Of a stretch of 64,000 nucleotides of DNA, positions 61,394-64,000 are shown piece by piece. The stretch spans positions 1-64,000 of the forward strand of contig JAKPMO010000024.1 in assembly GCA_029548865.1 (NCBI GenBank). Reading direction: 5' to 3'. The position numbers were made by a program, and so were the translations under genes. Under the pieces are notes generated by a model. The model saw nothing but the letters and a program-made list of their open reading frames with translations. It did no database searches and was not told where the DNA came from. Origin of the DNA: Caldisericota bacterium (lineage in GTDB: Bacteria; Caldisericota; Caldisericia; JAAYUI01). Numbering within the stretch: the stretch's first letter is position 1; each line of letters begins with the position of its first letter.

Positions 61394-62592
61394 CAATCCC
61401 TCCTGACCAGCCTCACATATCTTCTCTTGCCAACTTTTATCAGAACGGGTTTTTTGGGTTCATGTATTTCTTTTGTAGGGTCATCTATCAACTCTTCGTC
61501 AATCTTCACTGCGTTTGACTGCACCAACCTTCTGGCTTCAGAGGTTGAGGGGACGAGCTCAAGTTTTGTCAAAAGCTTTGCAATCTGTATCGGGTAGTCC
61601 TCATGCTCAAGTGCTATATCCGGGATGTCGGAAGGCAGGGAGTGCTCCGAGAAAACCCTCAAGAATTCTTCCCTGCAGGATTTTCCAGCACCTTCACCAT
61701 GCCAGATGTCCACAACTTTTTCGGCCATCATCAGTTTTATGTCTCTGGGATTGACAACGCCACCTTCAAAATCTTTTGTTGCTTGTTCTATTGTGGATGG
61801 ATCGGCAAATGCGGCGTACTGAAGATAATTAACAATGAGGCTGTCTGGAATGCTCATCAGCTTACCGAACATGTTCGTGGGTTCGTCAAGCAGATCGACA
61901 GTGTTCCCGATGGATTTACTCATCTTTATGACGCCATCGGTACCAGGCAGTATTGGCATGGTCATCATGACCTGGGGCTCCATGCCCATTTCTTTCTGGA
62001 GTTCCCTTGCGGCAAGGAAGTTGAACTTTTGGTCTGTGCCGCCAATTTCCACATCTGCCTTGATTGCCACTGAATCAAACGCCTGAAAGACCACATAAAG
62101 CAGCTCGTGAAGATATATCGGCGCCTCGGCCTTCATTCTTTTTGTAAAATCATCACGTTCCAAGACTCTGGCAACAGTAAATTTTGCAAGGAGCTTTACT
62201 ATGTCCCTTCCTTCAAGTTTGCTAAGCCATTCGGAGTTGAACCTGACCATTCCACTTTGTGGTTCGAGAACCCTGATCACTTGATCAATATATGTCCTTG
62301 CGCTGTCCTTTATTTGCTCTTCAGAAAGTGGTTTCCTGGTTTCTTTGCGACCGGATGGATCACCAATCATTGCTGTGTAATCACCAATAACAAAAATAAC
62401 CTTGTGTCCCATATCCTGGAACTGACGAAGTTTTTTTAGTACTACAGCATGTCCAAGGTGAAGATGTGGCGCAGTTGGATCAGCTCCAAGCTTGATTATG
62501 AGCGGCCTGCCAAGTTTTAGCTTCTGTTCGAGACCGTCTTCGGGGATAATCTCGGCACAACCATATTTCAACAACTCCAGTTCTCTAGTCAT
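61393..62592 (-). CDS. tyrS: Tyrosine--tRNA ligase
   Basis: GADPTAPHLHLGH, GGTDQKFN, KMSKS, C-terminal S4 domain. Confidence 0.98.
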   Translation of the reverse strand: MTRELELLKYGCAEIIPEDGLEQKLKLGRPLIIKLGADPTAPHLHLGHAVVLKKLRQFQDMGHKVIFVIGDYTAMIGDPSGRKETRKPLSEEQIKDSARTYIDQVIRVLEPQSGMVRFNSEWLSKLEGRDIVKLLAKFTVARVLERDDFTKRMKAEAPIYLHELLYVVFQAFDSVAIKADVEIGGTDQKFNFLAARELQKEMGMEPQVMMTMPILPGTDGVIKMSKSIGNTVDLLDEPTNMFGKLMSIPDSLIVNYLQYAAFADPSTIEQATKDFEGGVVNPRDIKLMMAEKVVDIWHGEGAGKSCREEFLRVFSEHSLPSDIPDIALEHEDYPIQIAKLLTKLELVPSTSEARRLVQSNAVKIDEELIDDPTKEIHEPKKPVLIKVGKRRYVRLVRRD

Positions 62593-63223
62593 AGTTCACC
62601 CATGTATATGAGAATGTGGCGATGCCGATCAGGTAGAGAAACAATGATCCGGCCACCGCAGGGTTCCCGACGCCAAAAAGAAGCATGAGGGAACCTAAAA
62701 CAATAAAAGAAAAAGAAACTGAGCTATAAGCCTCGTATAGTTTGACCCTTGAATTTATAAAACCAAGGAAAAATGAGAGGAAGATCCCCGCCGAGGCAAA
62801 TGAGTTTAGAATTAGAAAAACATTGTTTATCAAACTGTTGTCAACCACAGTATTAGTCGATGAGGCGGCAAGGAAGATCATTCCAGACAAAAATGGTATT
62901 GCAGAAATAACAACTGACGTGGCTCTTTTTGAGAAAGAAGGGCTAGAGTTGTCAAATGCCATCGCATGGATAATACCAACACTAAAGCTGGCAAAAGCCA
63001 CAAAACCTACAACCATATAAGTATGGTTCTTTGTGATTGCCCAAAACAGGAACATAACAGAACCAAACAGCAAATCACAAAAAGCAAGAAACCATGCAAA
63101 AATGGCAAAATCATTCCTTCTATAGAGATATTTTCTGAGGCAATCCTGGGTAAGAAAGACGGCAAAAATTGAGGTCGCCGCAGAACATATCGCTGTCAGG
63201 AGGGTATACGAGAGCTGGTTCAT
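62585..63223 (-). CDS. Hypothetical polytopic membrane protein (about 7 TM)
   Basis: 212 aa with 6-7 hydrophobic segments; overlaps both neighbours. Confidence 0.7.
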   Translation of the reverse strand: MNQLSYTLLTAICSAATSIFAVFLTQDCLRKYLYRRNDFAIFAWFLAFCDLLFGSVMFLFWAITKNHTYMVVGFVAFASFSVGIIHAMAFDNSSPSFSKRATSVVISAIPFLSGMIFLAASSTNTVVDNSLINNVFLILNSFASAGIFLSFFLGFINSRVKLYEAYSSVSFSFIVLGSLMLLFGVGNPAVAGSLFLYLIGIATFSYTWVNYD

Positions 63224-64000
63224 TTTGAATCACCGATTGATGCCTTTTCCAGCGGAATATTGTTTCCCTTGGCATCAACCAGCGATATCAGCCCCTGTCT
63301 GTAGAGTTGTGTTATGACGATAGAAATGCGCTTCTGATCAAGATGAAGCCTCGCGGTAATTCTTTCAAGTGTATTGTGGCCATCGATTTGTTGGTACACA
63401 AGGTCCTGCATGGCAGTCTCTACGCCAACTTTTGGCGAAGCTATCCTGTTTTTTGGTACAAAAAGCGATTGCCCCCTATGCGGCTGTGGGATCAGTGTCA
63501 AATCAATAAGTTTGTATTTCAGCGAAGTGATTATCCCTGCCGATTTCAATGCAAACAGTATCCTGTATGTCGAGAGGTAACCAAGGCCAGATTTTTCTGC
63601 AATCTGCCTAGCATTGAGTTTTCCATCAACGAGTCTGAGGGTTTTCCAGTCATCAGGCTTCATGGTGAAATCTGATGAAGCCTCCTGTATATTGTCCTGC
63701 ACCTCAAAAACTTCGTCTTCAAAGAAGCCTTGCGATTTTATTACTTTCCATTCCTCAAGGAGTCTTGAACCCTGAATGAGAAGGGAATCAATCGGTTCAT
63801 AGATCGTCCTGAGGTCTATCCTCCCACGTTCATCGAACATAAATTCGCCTTCATCCCATATTAAAAGCTCAAAAAATGCTGCACTGCCAGTCAGTTTGGC
63901 AATGGAGCAATGGTAAAGCCTGCCAGCTTGGAAATAGCATTTGGCCTGCCTTTCACCATCATCAATCTTAAGGGCACCAGACTTGCCCTCCATGGTGATG
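63220..64000 (-). CDS. DUF4388 (PATAN-like) domain protein with two winged-helix-like segments; N-terminus outside window
   Basis: Frame open to the window edge; ITMEGKSGAL...YFQAG...W.EGEF.F...LL..G.R.LEEW; LVDG and QIDG...GLI repeats. Confidence 0.8.
   Translation of the reverse strand, partial: ITMEGKSGALKIDDGERQAKCYFQAGRLYHCSIAKLTGSAAFFELLIWDEGEFMFDERGRIDLRTIYEPIDSLLIQGSRLLEEWKVIKSQGFFEDEVFEVQDNIQEASSDFTMKPDDWKTLRLVDGKLNARQIAEKSGLGYLSTYRILFALKSAGIITSLKYKLIDLTLIPQPHRGQSLFVPKNRIASPKVGVETAMQDLVYQQIDGHNTLERITARLHLDQKRISIVITQLYRQGLISLVDAKGNNIPLEKASIGDSK

Overview
Gene-dense core-chromosome window from an anaerobic bacterium using the standard genetic code. The gene order is Firmicutes-like and a stalk-domain surface protein is present; a deep-branching Terrabacteria lineage such as Caldisericota is plausible, but that is inference only. 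Most of the window is housekeeping: ppdK-dnaG-rpoD-pcrA, rpmH-rnpA-yidD-yidC-jag-mnmE, groESL with a CIRCE element, ftsEX-M23 peptidase-ctpA, gmk-rpoZ-plsY, tlyA, mfd, tig-clpP-clpX-lon-rimO-thpR-recA-recX-rny-ymdB, 7 tRNAs, rplU, hypAB, hutU and tyrS. I saw no mobile elements, CRISPR arrays or rRNA. The standout is a translationally coupled minus-strand operon (about 10.9-17.8 kb) that interleaves a Rieske/cytochrome b complex with a FlxABCD-like NAD(P)H oxidoreductase module and has no hdrABC and no cytochrome c. Its two cytochrome b paralogues are complementary. One keeps the Qo site (PDWY) and the heme bL ligands but has lost both heme bH histidines. The other keeps all four histidines, lacks the Qo site and carries a fused 2x[4Fe-4S] domain. 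This suggests an asymmetric cytochrome b heterodimer wiring a quinol-bifurcation site to NAD(H). Other points of interest: a phosphatase-MazG fusion, an arginine-synthetase-like gene coupled to OTC behind rplU, a long rnpA/yidD dual-coding overlap, a YidC with tandem Ig-like domains, and several apparently leaderless genes. All protein family calls come from motif recognition by eye, not database searches.
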